Origin: an uncultured Gammaproteobacteria bacterium
GTDB lineage: Bacteria; Patescibacteriota; Microgenomatia; UBA10105; UBA927
Reading direction: 5' to 3'
Length of the DNA: 64,000 nt
NCBI GenBank assembly: GCA_964445435.1
Contig: CAYUKU010000004.1
Span: 9,795 to 73,794 of the forward strand
Every line of letters begins with the position of its first letter. The first letter of the stretch is position 1. Shown here one piece after another: positions 9,672 to 18,784 of this stretch. A program made the position numbers and the translations under genes. The notes beneath the pieces were generated by a model. It made no database searches. It was not told the origin of the DNA and worked only from the letters and a program-made list of their open reading frames with translations.

Positions 9672-10409
9672 ATGTCGATGTATCGCTATTTGAAAGCGCC
9701 GCCCCGCAGGGTGAGGCGACTACGTAGGGGGGGAAGAATTTCGTTTGTCCTCATGTCAATTGGAGGATTGCTGTTGTTTTGGGCGCTTTGGCCGATTTTG
9801 TCATTCACCGCGATCAGCGATGAAATATTTTCCAAAACGATTGCGCCGATCGGGGAGGCGGTCAGTACTACGCGAGTGAACAAGTCACTTTCGCCTGTTG
9901 CAGTTGCCGCAGACAGTGGACTTACGAGTGTCGATTTTACGAACGCCAACGCATGGTATCCGTCAGTTCCTCAAAAACGCGTCGTTACTCCTGTAAATTC
10001 GTATACACTTTCAATCCCGAAGCTCAAGATCAAGGACGCACTTGTCCGTATTGGAGCGGATGACCTTAGCGAAAGCCTTATTCATTATGGAGGAACGGGA
10101 TTGCCGGGTGAATTCGGAATTGCCGTGGTCTTTGGGCATTCCACATTGCCGCAATTTTTCTCACCCACAAACTATAAATCGATTTTTTCACTCCTCCCGA
10201 CATTGGAGAAGGGGGATCGAGTTTTTGTAACTTACGATGGCGTTGAGTATGTATATGAAATATTTGAAATGGTTGTGGTTGAGCCGACAGACGTGTCTAT
10301 CCTGGAACAGCGTTTCGATGATTCGTACTTGACGCTCGTTACCTGTGTCCCGCCTGGTACGTATTGGAAGCGTCTCAATGTGAAGGCAAGGCTTATGACA
10401 CTCGAATAG
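9672..10409 (+). CDS. Sortase-family protein
   Basis: N-terminal TM helix, LSIPKLKI, catalytic H (VFGHS), C (LTLVTC) and R (KRLNVKA). Confidence 0.9.
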   Translation: MSMYRYLKAPPRRVRRLRRGGRISFVLMSIGGLLLFWALWPILSFTAISDEIFSKTIAPIGEAVSTTRVNKSLSPVAVAADSGLTSVDFTNANAWYPSVPQKRVVTPVNSYTLSIPKLKIKDALVRIGADDLSESLIHYGGTGLPGEFGIAVVFGHSTLPQFFSPTNYKSIFSLLPTLEKGDRVFVTYDGVEYVYEIFEMVVVEPTDVSILEQRFDDSYLTLVTCVPPGTYWKRLNVKARLMTLE

Positions 10410-10447
10410 ATAGACAGAAATGGTATACTATCTACGATTTTGAACGT

Positions 10448-10639
10448 ATGTTTAAAAATATCATTGCTCCCATGCAGGCATGGCTTCTTTCACAGGGGAA
10501 ATGCGTAGGCTGTGGAAAACCGCTTGAGAAAGGGAAAAGGGCAGGAGTATTTCGGGTGGTTTGCGTATGTGGGCGAATATACATATATGATAGCGGTAGC
10601 GCAACTTTCAGAAGGGCAACATTAGATGAAGCGAAGTAA
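10448..10639 (+). CDS. Small Zn-finger protein
   Basis: CVGCG...CVCGRIY; upstream extended -10 TGGTATACT (10421-10429); overlaps the mltG start. Confidence 0.6.
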   Translation: MFKNIIAPMQAWLLSQGKCVGCGKPLEKGKRAGVFRVVCVCGRIYIYDSGSATFRRATLDEAK

Positions 10640-11612
10640 ACCATACTCATTTGCTTCCCGTTTTGTTATCGTTTTTTTTGTCTTTGTGGTGTTTGCGTGG
10701 GGCGGGTGGCTTTGGTGGCGTGATAGTATATCCGCGGTGAATTCCGCTGATACGATTCCTGTAAGTTTTACTATCAAAAGCGGAGAGGGAGTAAAAACCA
10801 TTGCAGCGAATCTTGCACAGGAAGGGTTAATACGCAGTCCGACAGGTTTTTTTATCCTCGTGAAAATATTGGGAATTGAACGACAATTGCAGGCAGGGGA
10901 TTTTCGTCTTACCCGATCCATGGATGCTCGAACTATTGCGCTTGAACTTACGCATGGAATTTTGGATCAGTGGGTGACGACACTGGAGGGTTGGCGAAGC
11001 GAAGAGATTGCCGCGCGGATAGCAAAAGATTTGGATATCCCTGAACAAGAATTTCTTAAATTAACCAGAGAAGGGTATATGTTTCCTGATACATACCTCA
11101 TTCCTAGGGATGCCACTGCAGCAGGCATTGTGGCAATGTTCATAGACAATTTCAATAAAAAGATAACAACGCAAATGCGTCAAGATGCCTCCAAAACCGG
11201 GCTTTCCTTTGAGGAAGTCGTTATTCTCGCATCCATCGTGGAGCGGGAGGGAAAAAGTTCCACGGATCGTCCTATTATTGCAGGAATTTTGTTAAAGCGT
11301 CTGAAAAACAATTGGCCCCTTCAGGCTGACGCAACACTTCAATACGCACTTGGATATCAACCATTTGAAAAGACATGGTGGAAAAAAACATTGACAAATA
11401 ACGATAAGCAGGTCCGTTCACCTTTTAATACATACGAGAACCCGGGACTTCCTCCGCACCCAATTTCCAATCCGGGCGTGGAGTCTATACGTGCAGTAAT
11501 CTACGCGCAGGAAACAGCGTATTGGTATTATCTTCATGACGCGGCCGGGGGTGTGCATTACGCTGAAACACTCGAACAGCATAACGCGAATATATCGCAA
11601 TTTCTCCAATAA
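10626..11612 (+). CDS. mltG: Endolytic transglycosylase MltG (YceG)
   Basis: TM helix, EGYMFPDTY, ILASIVEREG, LQADATLQY, SPFNTY..PGLPPHPISNPG. Confidence 0.95.
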   Translation: MKRSKPYSFASRFVIVFFVFVVFAWGGWLWWRDSISAVNSADTIPVSFTIKSGEGVKTIAANLAQEGLIRSPTGFFILVKILGIERQLQAGDFRLTRSMDARTIALELTHGILDQWVTTLEGWRSEEIAARIAKDLDIPEQEFLKLTREGYMFPDTYLIPRDATAAGIVAMFIDNFNKKITTQMRQDASKTGLSFEEVVILASIVEREGKSSTDRPIIAGILLKRLKNNWPLQADATLQYALGYQPFEKTWWKKTLTNNDKQVRSPFNTYENPGLPPHPISNPGVESIRAVIYAQETAYWYYLHDAAGGVHYAETLEQHNANISQFLQ

Positions 11613-11623
11613 ATAGCCCCCGT

Positions 11624-13306
11624 ATGAAAAAAGTGGTCGCTAGTGTTTTGAGCGCGATAGCCGTATTTTTGGCATTGCCTTCTGCAACTTATGCCGAGCA
11701 AATCTCGAGCTTCAAAGGGCGCATAGATATCCGAAAGGACGGCACGATACGATTGGAAGAGCGTATCGATTACGACTTCGCTGATGAGGAGCGACATGGA
11801 ATACTTCGGACGATTCCACTTATAAAAACGAACGAAGAAGGAAAGAAATTTACTCTTGCGCTTTATGATTTTTCAGTGACAGACGCAAAGAATTATGACT
11901 ATCCGTATTCGATATCAACCAAACAAAGTGAGATTATATTAAAAATTGGTGACCCCAATCGAACAATTCAAGGAAAACACGTGTATGCAATTTCCTACGA
12001 AGTTGCAGGCGCCATAAGCTATTTTTCAGATCATGATGAATTGTATTGGAATGTAACGGGGAACGGTTGGGATGTCTCTATAGACGAATCTGTCGCAACA
12101 GTGATCCTTCCACAGGAAATTTCAGGCAAAGAAATCAGAATCGCATGTTTTACGGGACAGATCGGCTCCACTGGGGGGAGCTGTGATACTTCGTATGATG
12201 AGAAAAATCGGTCAGTGCAAGTGAAAACACGATTTCCTCTCGCGCCGGGTGAAGGTCTCACGGTAGCAATCGGATTTCCGAAAGGGGTGGTAGCTGTTCT
12301 GGAACCGAAAGAATATGTCCCATTTTGGGATTCATTTTGGGGAAGAGTTCTTTTGGGCCTTATAATTCTTGCTGCAATATTGTGGTATATAGTTTTGCCC
12401 CTCGTCTTGCCGATCCTGTGGTGGAGGTATGGCCGTGACCCTTCTCCTTCAGTCGGAGAAGCGACTGCGTGGTTTGAACCCCCGAAGGGCAGGAATGGCC
12501 GATTGCTCACGCCAGCCGAGACCGGTACGCTCGTTGACGAACGCGCAGATACTGCAGATATCACTGCGGCCATAATTGATATGGCCCGTCGAGGATATTT
12601 GAGGATCGTGGAAAAGAAAAAAGGTGATATTGAGCTGGAAAAAGTAACGCGTCGCGTAAATGATGACGAATTGCAGCCGTACGAAGAAATTCTTTTGGAG
12701 GGACTATTTAAAGATGAGGATGCAGTAACGCTGAAATCATCCAGCCTCGTTAAAGTTATGGCGGATACCAAGCGTGCGCTGTATGCATCAGCAATGGCCG
12801 AAGGATTCTTCCCCAAAAATCCAGAGACTATCCGCACGACATTTTCCGTGGCAAGTGCAGTTGCGCTTGTTACGGGAAACTTTCTTCTATTTTTATCGAT
12901 ACTCTTTTTCGGGTATCACATGCCGCGAAAAACTTTCATTGGCGCTCAAGCGGCAACGATAGCACGTTCCCTTAAGAATTTCATTATTAGTCAGGAGAGG
13001 CAGTTTACGTTTCAAGCGGAAAAGCAGCTGCTTTTCGAGAAGATGCTTCCGTTTGCCATCGTTTTCGGAGTGGAAAAAATCTGGATCGCGAGATTTGCCC
13101 AGATGCACCTTTCGAGGCCACAGTGGTATCGCGGATATTCCGCGGATCATTTCAATGCAGGCGCATTTACAGATTCAATGCGCAGTATGTCGACCGGAAT
13201 ATCACGTGCGGCAACGCCAACATCCAGTTCACGTGGATTTTCATCCGGATTTTCAGGAGGATCTTCAGGGGGCGGAGGCGGCGGAGGTGGGGGAGGGAGC
13301 TGGTAG
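11624..13306 (+). CDS. DUF2207-family membrane protein
   Basis: Signal peptide, RHGILRTIP, DELYWNVTGNGW, LPFAIVFGV, Gly-rich GGGGGSW C-terminus. Confidence 0.88.
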   Translation: MKKVVASVLSAIAVFLALPSATYAEQISSFKGRIDIRKDGTIRLEERIDYDFADEERHGILRTIPLIKTNEEGKKFTLALYDFSVTDAKNYDYPYSISTKQSEIILKIGDPNRTIQGKHVYAISYEVAGAISYFSDHDELYWNVTGNGWDVSIDESVATVILPQEISGKEIRIACFTGQIGSTGGSCDTSYDEKNRSVQVKTRFPLAPGEGLTVAIGFPKGVVAVLEPKEYVPFWDSFWGRVLLGLIILAAILWYIVLPLVLPILWWRYGRDPSPSVGEATAWFEPPKGRNGRLLTPAETGTLVDERADTADITAAIIDMARRGYLRIVEKKKGDIELEKVTRRVNDDELQPYEEILLEGLFKDEDAVTLKSSSLVKVMADTKRALYASAMAEGFFPKNPETIRTTFSVASAVALVTGNFLLFLSILFFGYHMPRKTFIGAQAATIARSLKNFIISQERQFTFQAEKQLLFEKMLPFAIVFGVEKIWIARFAQMHLSRPQWYRGYSADHFNAGAFTDSMRSMSTGISRAATPTSSSRGFSSGFSGGSSGGGGGGGGGGSW

Positions 13307-13309
13307 TCT

Positions 13310-13516
13310 ATGGTACTTTCTCCTGAAAGACGAGAACAGCTGAGTAGGGAGAAATTCGTAGTACGGTGTCCCTCATGTCATCAACTGACGGAGACCGGTT
13401 ATTCTGAGTGGGATGTGGAAGTGATAAAGGAGCACCCGGGCAATGGAATACAGTTTCGTTGCGAACACTGCGAAGCTCCACTGAATTACAATCCCTCCGA
13501 AGGGGAGTTCGTATAA
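13310..13516 (+). CDS. Small Zn-ribbon protein
   Basis: CPSC...CEHC; starts 3 nt after the DUF2207 stop in a CTATG context. Confidence 0.55.
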   Translation: MVLSPERREQLSREKFVVRCPSCHQLTETGYSEWDVEVIKEHPGNGIQFRCEHCEAPLNYNPSEGEFV

Positions 13517-13524
13517 GGCCGAGA

Positions 13525-13854
13525 CTACCTTAAAGAGTTTTTTATGTCCTGCTGGATTTTCCGTTTTACTTTTTCCGCAGTCGTAAGGATTGCTTTCTCG
13601 ATGTTTATACCGCTTTTTTCATGAAGGAATTCAAGAATCCGCCTATCGTCCGGCGTAGCGTGAAAACGAACGAGGAACGGTTCGTGATGCTCCTTGGGTA
13701 GTAGCTTGAGAATTGTGGCGAGAATTTCCTGGTGTAAGGTCTGGTCCATAAGTTCGATGAGTTGCCTGCGTTCCTGTGGAGTGAGTTTGTGCGAATCGAG
13801 AACGGCTACGAGTTCCTCGAAAATAATCAGATGGTCAAAAAAAAGTTTCGCCAT
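13525..13854 (-). CDS. Hypothetical helical protein
   Basis: 109-aa ORF coupled (1-nt overlap) to the upstream minus-strand gene. Confidence 0.65.
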   Translation of the reverse strand: MAKLFFDHLIIFEELVAVLDSHKLTPQERRQLIELMDQTLHQEILATILKLLPKEHHEPFLVRFHATPDDRRILEFLHEKSGINIEKAILTTAEKVKRKIQQDIKNSLR

Positions 13855-14756
13855 TATGTCCCTTTCGCTAGAGCCAGATATGTATCTTTATCTACCGGAC
13901 CCAACGGAATTTTATCTTCTGGATCATCGATAAATAAGACGAGGACGGGGCCTTTTTGTGCTCCGTCTTTTGATTCTAGGTAGTGCATGACCTCGGGTGA
14001 TCCGCCGAAACTCTTACCCGTAAACTTAGCAGGACCCGCGTCCGCGATAACCGCAACGACGGTTTTTCCATTCTTTGGATTCATGACTAGTACCTTTCTA
14101 TATTTATACCACTGTCGAAGATAGGAGAGTCGTTGTTCCCAATCGGGAAGATACAGAGTTTGCACGGCAACATAATACTTTTCTTTCTCATAGAGATCCG
14201 CAGTCATCTGAGCTTTTGAAGAGGCGAAATATCCCCAGGCGCCGCGTCCCGGAGTAATACCTGCTTCACGATACGCATCTTTTTCTTCCATGGTGTCACC
14301 CGGGTAGCGCGGCAGATGTTGCTCTGCTCCTATGTACCCATATGTCGTATTGAGGTGTTCTCCGTCCAGGCGTGCTTTTACCGGCATGTTCCAGCTTAGA
14401 CGGATTAATTTTTCGACGGCGTCTTCCTCATCTGCAGTGAGCGGTCTGGGATCTGATGGAAGGATCGCGCGAAGGTTTGCGCTGGTAATGCTACGAAGTT
14501 TATCGGTTGGCATAGAAGAGAGTTTTTCCGTGTTCTGAGGTAGGTGGGTTAGGAGCGGATTAGAAAGAACCATTGCTCCGGCCAGGGCGCCGGCGCTAGC
14601 GAGTTTGCTGGCGTGGTGTCGGATGTGTCTAATTTGGAGTCCGCGATTCGCAAACCACTGCGATACATGAGGATATCGGCGTTGAATTTTCCTTTCGGAA
14701 ATTTCGGCATGACGCTCAAGAGCCTGACGTAGTTTCGAGGTATCGAGAGTGGCCAT
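13854..14756 (-). CDS. Membrane-anchored protein with RlpA-like double-psi beta-barrel C-terminus
   Basis: Hydrophobic anchor LASAGALAGAMVL; KVLVMNPKNGKTVVAVIADAGP resembles the RlpA VxVxNxxNGKxVxVxIxDxGP motif. Confidence 0.6.
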   Translation of the reverse strand: MATLDTSKLRQALERHAEISERKIQRRYPHVSQWFANRGLQIRHIRHHASKLASAGALAGAMVLSNPLLTHLPQNTEKLSSMPTDKLRSITSANLRAILPSDPRPLTADEEDAVEKLIRLSWNMPVKARLDGEHLNTTYGYIGAEQHLPRYPGDTMEEKDAYREAGITPGRGAWGYFASSKAQMTADLYEKEKYYVAVQTLYLPDWEQRLSYLRQWYKYRKVLVMNPKNGKTVVAVIADAGPAKFTGKSFGGSPEVMHYLESKDGAQKGPVLVLFIDDPEDKIPLGPVDKDTYLALAKGT

Positions 14757-14767
14757 GGATATATAAT

Positions 14768-14779
14768 TATTGTACTATA
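14768..14779. promoter_or_regulatory. Bidirectional overlapping -10 element TATTGTACTATA
   Basis: TACTAT on + and TACAAT on -, in a 29-nt gap between divergent genes; identical 12-mer at 17380-17391. Confidence 0.6.
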
Positions 14780-14785
14780 GATCGC

Positions 14786-15367
14786 ATGTCCAGATATGCC
14801 TCCACATTTCGCGAGATAACGTTGAACGCACAAACAATACGATACGAAATCCGCATAAGTCCAAGAGCACGGTATCTGCGTATGACAATGAATCTGAAGG
14901 GAGAGCTAATAGTGTCCGTGCCGAAGTATGGAGGAATGCATTTCGTGGAAGAATTTCTCAGGGATAAGGCCTCATGGATTCTGAAGCATCATCGCCGTAT
15001 GGAGAAATTGCAAGAAAAAACAGTGCTTCCTCATGAGGAGGAAGTGTATGTGAAAAATAAGAATATATTTCTCAAACAACTGACTGAACGTTTGGATTTC
15101 TTTAGCGCATTGTACGGATTTTCATACGGAAAAGTGCGAGTGAGAAATCAAACGTCGTTATGGGGAAGCTGCACACGCGCAGGAAATCTCCAGTTTAACT
15201 TCAAGTTAAGCTACCTGCCGAAAGAAGCGATTGATTACGTGGTTGTACACGAAATTTGTCACCTGAAGGAACATAATCACAGCCCCAGATTTTGGGCGTT
15301 GGTAGAAAAAACAATTCCAAATCACAAAAAAATACGAAAGATGCTCCGTGGATACATCCTCGCGTAA
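14786..15367 (+). CDS. YgjP/DUF45 (SprT-like/M48) Zn-dependent hydrolase
   Basis: WGSC, IDYVVVHEICHLKEHNHSPRFW motifs. Confidence 0.88.
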   Translation: MSRYASTFREITLNAQTIRYEIRISPRARYLRMTMNLKGELIVSVPKYGGMHFVEEFLRDKASWILKHHRRMEKLQEKTVLPHEEEVYVKNKNIFLKQLTERLDFFSALYGFSYGKVRVRNQTSLWGSCTRAGNLQFNFKLSYLPKEAIDYVVVHEICHLKEHNHSPRFWALVEKTIPNHKKIRKMLRGYILA

Positions 15368-15392
15368 CGAGGTGCTATAATGATCCGACTTT

Positions 15393-16451
15393 ATGCAGAC
15401 CACTATCATTTGTCCCCATTGCAAAGAAGAAATTGAGCTTACCCAGGCGCTTACGCATCAGATAGAAGAGAAGGTGTTGGGAGACCAGAAAAGAAAACAT
15501 GAAGAAGAACTTGAGGCACTTCAGAAAAAACTGGAGACAGCGCAAAACGCAGAACTGGAAGTTCGTAAAGAAAGAAACAAATTGGAAGAGGAGCGTCGAA
15601 CTTTCGAATTGGAAAAACAAAGACAACTGGATAAGGAACGGGAGACGATACGTCAGAAAACCGCTCAAGAAATCATGGAGTCCCAGCGTTTGAAAGATAA
15701 AGAGAAAGACAAAGTGATTGACGACCTCAAAAAGGCGCTGGAAGACGCGCAGAGAAAAGCAACACAAGGTTCCCAGCAACTCCAGGGAGAAGTGCAGGAA
15801 CTTGATTTGGAACAGATGCTCAAAAAAGAATTTCCTGAAGATTTTGTAGAGCCTATCGGGAAAGGGGTACTTGGGGCTGATGTCAGACAGACGGTAAAAA
15901 ACCAGCGGGGCATAGCGTGTGGCGTGATATTGTGGGAGTCAAAGCGGACGAAGGCCTGGTCTGACGGCTGGATCGGGAAATTGAAAGAGGATCTTCGAAA
16001 CGACAGGGCGAATGTTCCCGTTATCGTCAGCGAGGTTGTACCGGACGAGATTAGTAGGATTGGAATAGGCGAAAAAAACGGTGTATATATTTGTCGCCCC
16101 ACACTTGCTTACGCACTTGCGCTTCTTCTGCGTCGTGGCTTGTTGTACGCAGATCGCTTGAAAATGGTGGCAGAAAATAAACAAACCAAGGCAGAAGAAT
16201 TATACGCATTCGTGACGAGTCATGAGTTTACGCAGAATGTGGAAGCAATGATAGAAATATATGTTGAGATGAGAAATCAAATACAAAAGGAGCGCATAGC
16301 GTTTGAAAAATCCTGGAAACTCAGAGAGTCCCAAGTCCAGCGTCTGCTTAGTGGTGTCGCAGGCATGTATGGAAACATGCAGGGCATCGCGGGAACTGCA
16401 CTTCCTCCGATTCGACATCTGGAGTTGAGTGGTGACACATCGAACGATTAA
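15393..16451 (+). CDS. DUF2130-family coiled-coil protein
   Basis: N-terminal CPHC, coiled coil, GSQQLQGEVQEL, GADV, ILWESKRTKAWSDGWI. Confidence 0.85.
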   Translation: MQTTIICPHCKEEIELTQALTHQIEEKVLGDQKRKHEEELEALQKKLETAQNAELEVRKERNKLEEERRTFELEKQRQLDKERETIRQKTAQEIMESQRLKDKEKDKVIDDLKKALEDAQRKATQGSQQLQGEVQELDLEQMLKKEFPEDFVEPIGKGVLGADVRQTVKNQRGIACGVILWESKRTKAWSDGWIGKLKEDLRNDRANVPVIVSEVVPDEISRIGIGEKNGVYICRPTLAYALALLLRRGLLYADRLKMVAENKQTKAEELYAFVTSHEFTQNVEAMIEIYVEMRNQIQKERIAFEKSWKLRESQVQRLLSGVAGMYGNMQGIAGTALPPIRHLELSGDTSND

Positions 16452-17374
16452 GTGATTGTATACACTACCGTGTAGACGCCGAAATCCTTCCCTCCGAGTT
16501 CGTATTTATAACGTTCTGACCCCTGCAGGAAATTATATTCGTCAAACCCCCGTTCGATCGCCATTTTGATACTTTGGGCTTTGAGGTAAAATCCTGCGTT
16601 CTGACAACACGATCGGTCAAATCCGGAGTTGTAGAGATAGTACGTTTTGTTATGAATGAACGACAGCGTTCCTGCGGATGGAATTCCATCGACTGTAAGA
16701 AGTAGGAGCGAAATTTGGTCTTTGAATTCCTTCGCCATCTCTAAGAAGAAAATTTTCATTTGGGTGGTCAGAAAATTCCGTTTTGCAGGATTCTTTTCCA
16801 TGAGAGATAGGAAAGTTTCCATATCTGAGGAAGGATGATCACTCTCTTGGTATGTTCCGTTTGGATGTTCCCGTTCGAACTTTCGTAACTTTCTTTCCAG
16901 TTCATGACGATATTTACGAGTAAGAGAAGCTAAATATTTTTCCCACGAAGAAGGAAGTATCACCCGTGGTGTCGTATCTTCTTTCTGGACAACTGCGTTT
17001 GGAATTTTTGAGAAATACTCAAGGGTTGCTGAAGATTCCGGAATATTTCGTAGGTGAAGACGGGTAACGCCTTCTTTTTTGACATATGCGATAATTTCTT
17101 CCCACGCATGTTTTTTCTGTTCGTATCCTCCCAGGATATCCAGATAATCAGCTATCTCTTCTCCTCCTGAGAAGCGTATTGTGTGTTTGGTTTTCACGAA
17201 CGGGGCGATAACCTGGTTATTGTATGTAAGGATGTATTCGTCAGCGTGCATCTCAAAAACTCGATACCAGAGTTTGTGCCAGTCGTAACAAACGAACGGA
17301 CCCGGAATGCCATTTTCGTGACAGGCATGATGCCATATCTCTTCAGCGTCCCGGAAGGGGACTTGTGTAATCAT
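16448..17374 (-). CDS. GNAT N-acetyltransferase, CelD/BcsL-like
   Basis: ADYLD, WEKYLASL..KYRHELERKLRK, YLYNSGFD, FLQGSERYKYELG. Confidence 0.82.
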   Translation of the reverse strand: MITQVPFRDAEEIWHHACHENGIPGPFVCYDWHKLWYRVFEMHADEYILTYNNQVIAPFVKTKHTIRFSGGEEIADYLDILGGYEQKKHAWEEIIAYVKKEGVTRLHLRNIPESSATLEYFSKIPNAVVQKEDTTPRVILPSSWEKYLASLTRKYRHELERKLRKFEREHPNGTYQESDHPSSDMETFLSLMEKNPAKRNFLTTQMKIFFLEMAKEFKDQISLLLLTVDGIPSAGTLSFIHNKTYYLYNSGFDRSCCQNAGFYLKAQSIKMAIERGFDEYNFLQGSERYKYELGGKDFGVYTVVYTIT

Positions 17375-17379
17375 TGAAA

Positions 17380-17391
17380 TATTGTACTATA
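17380..17391. promoter_or_regulatory. Bidirectional overlapping -10 element TATTGTACTATA
   Basis: Same 12-mer as 14768-14779; minus-strand TACAAT is 6 nt from the GNAT ATG, plus-strand TACTAT is 12 nt from ATG 17403. Confidence 0.6.
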
Positions 17392-17402
17392 CCGCTACGA
17401 CT

Positions 17403-18242
17403 ATGGTGAAAGATAAATTCTCCGCAATATGGGTTTCCCATTCTTCAATAAGTGATTACCTGAAATGCCCAAGGGCATATTTCCTAAAAAATATCTATAG
17501 AGATCCGAAAACGGGACATAAGGTTATGCTCATGCAGCCGCCACTTGCATTGGGACAGGTCGTACATGAGGTGGTAGAATCCCTTTCCCGATTACCTGTC
17601 GATCAACGAGTTTTTGGACAACTTATGGATCATTTCTACAGTTCATGGCGTAGTGTAGCGGGAGATTTAGGAGGATTTGCAAGTCGTGAGGAGGAAGAAA
17701 AATATAAATCCCGGGGAGCCTCCATGATTCGACGCATCATGGAACATCCTGGCCGGTTACGGAACAAAGCCATCAAACTGCGGCAGGAGTTGCCATATTT
17801 TTGGTTATCCGAGGAAAACAACATTATTCTCTGCGGAAAAATCGACTGGCTTGAGTACAAAGAAGACACAGATAGTGTCCACATCATTGACTTTAAGACC
17901 GGCAAATTTGATGAAGATCCGGATTCGCTTCAATTGCCCATTTATCTCTTGCTGGTAAGAGCATGTCAGTCGCGTCCCGTATCAGGAGCAAGTTACTGGT
18001 ATCTAGACCGGGATGACGAGCCTACGGATGTGCCACTTCCGAATCCAGAGGCTTCACGGGCACGATTGCTGGAAATCGCCAATAAGATACATTTGGCCCG
18101 GAAATTAGAGCATTTCCGCTGTCCGCAAAAAGAAGGTTGTCGGGTTTGTCGGCCATACGAGTCAATCATAAACGGTGAAGCGACGTTTATCGCGACTGGC
18201 GGCTACTCTCAAGACATATATACCCTTACGAAGCGAACGTGA
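17403..18242 (+). CDS. PD-(D/E)XK nuclease, RecB/AddB/Cas4-like with probable Fe-S cysteines
   Basis: SHSSISDYLKCPR, GQVVHE, GKIDWL, IIDFKTG, QLPIY, C-terminal CPQKEGCRVC. Confidence 0.85.
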   Translation: MVKDKFSAIWVSHSSISDYLKCPRAYFLKNIYRDPKTGHKVMLMQPPLALGQVVHEVVESLSRLPVDQRVFGQLMDHFYSSWRSVAGDLGGFASREEEEKYKSRGASMIRRIMEHPGRLRNKAIKLRQELPYFWLSEENNIILCGKIDWLEYKEDTDSVHIIDFKTGKFDEDPDSLQLPIYLLLVRACQSRPVSGASYWYLDRDDEPTDVPLPNPEASRARLLEIANKIHLARKLEHFRCPQKEGCRVCRPYESIINGEATFIATGGYSQDIYTLTKRT

Positions 18243-18245
18243 TGC

Positions 18246-18662
18246 TTACGCCCAAAGAGCGAGAATTCCTCCCATGACAAGCATCGATACGAATTGATAG
18301 CCCGTATTGATAAGGTAGAGTTTCAGTGGTTTCCCTCCAAAGATAACCTCGGTAAACTGAACTGGGGCGACAAATCCGAGCCAAACCATCGCGGCAAGTC
18401 CAGCTCCTTCCGCTAACGTGAGCGCTGGGATTGTCTTTACGAGAACGGCAAGCATGTAACTGGTGATAAGCGCAGCAACGAAGGAGAGGGTATACGTGCT
18501 GCCCATTTTATTTTTCGTCTTTTCCATGCTATTTTTCGTGAGTCCCATGAGTTTCATCCATGGCTTCGCAAATAAAAGTGGTGAATACCAGAGGAATCCC
18601 AGAATCATATTTACGATTGCGGCGACAAGCACGACGGGGATATTTATGTAAGTTTCGAACAT
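18246..18662 (-). CDS. DUF1761-family membrane protein
   Basis: GFLWYSPLLFAKPWMKLMG, LYLINTGY; 4 TM helices; SD AAGGAGG and upstream TATAAT. Confidence 0.85.
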   Translation of the reverse strand: MFETYINIPVVLVAAIVNMILGFLWYSPLLFAKPWMKLMGLTKNSMEKTKNKMGSTYTLSFVAALITSYMLAVLVKTIPALTLAEGAGLAAMVWLGFVAPVQFTEVIFGGKPLKLYLINTGYQFVSMLVMGGILALWA

Positions 18663-18732
18663 ATGTGAGCCCTCCTTAATAGCATTATACGGGAAGGAAG
18701 CAGAGAAGTTGCAAGAGATGAAGAAGGTGGTA

Positions 18733-18760
18733 TTGACAACTTGAAAAAAATCCTTATAAT
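18733..18760 (+). promoter_or_regulatory. sigma70 promoter of the rpoBC-rpsLG operon
   Basis: Consensus TTGACA(18733-18738)-16 nt-TATAAT(18755-18760). Confidence 0.8.
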
Positions 18761-18784
18761 CAGAGGATAAGTCAATAGTTACAA

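Noticed and set aside
13240-13306. G-rich low-complexity tract (possible repeat or G-quadruplex)
   Set aside because: Explained by the Gly-rich C-terminus standard for DUF2207
17403-18242. CRISPR-Cas locus suggested by the Cas4-like nuclease
   Set aside because: No repeat-spacer array or other cas genes were seen in the window
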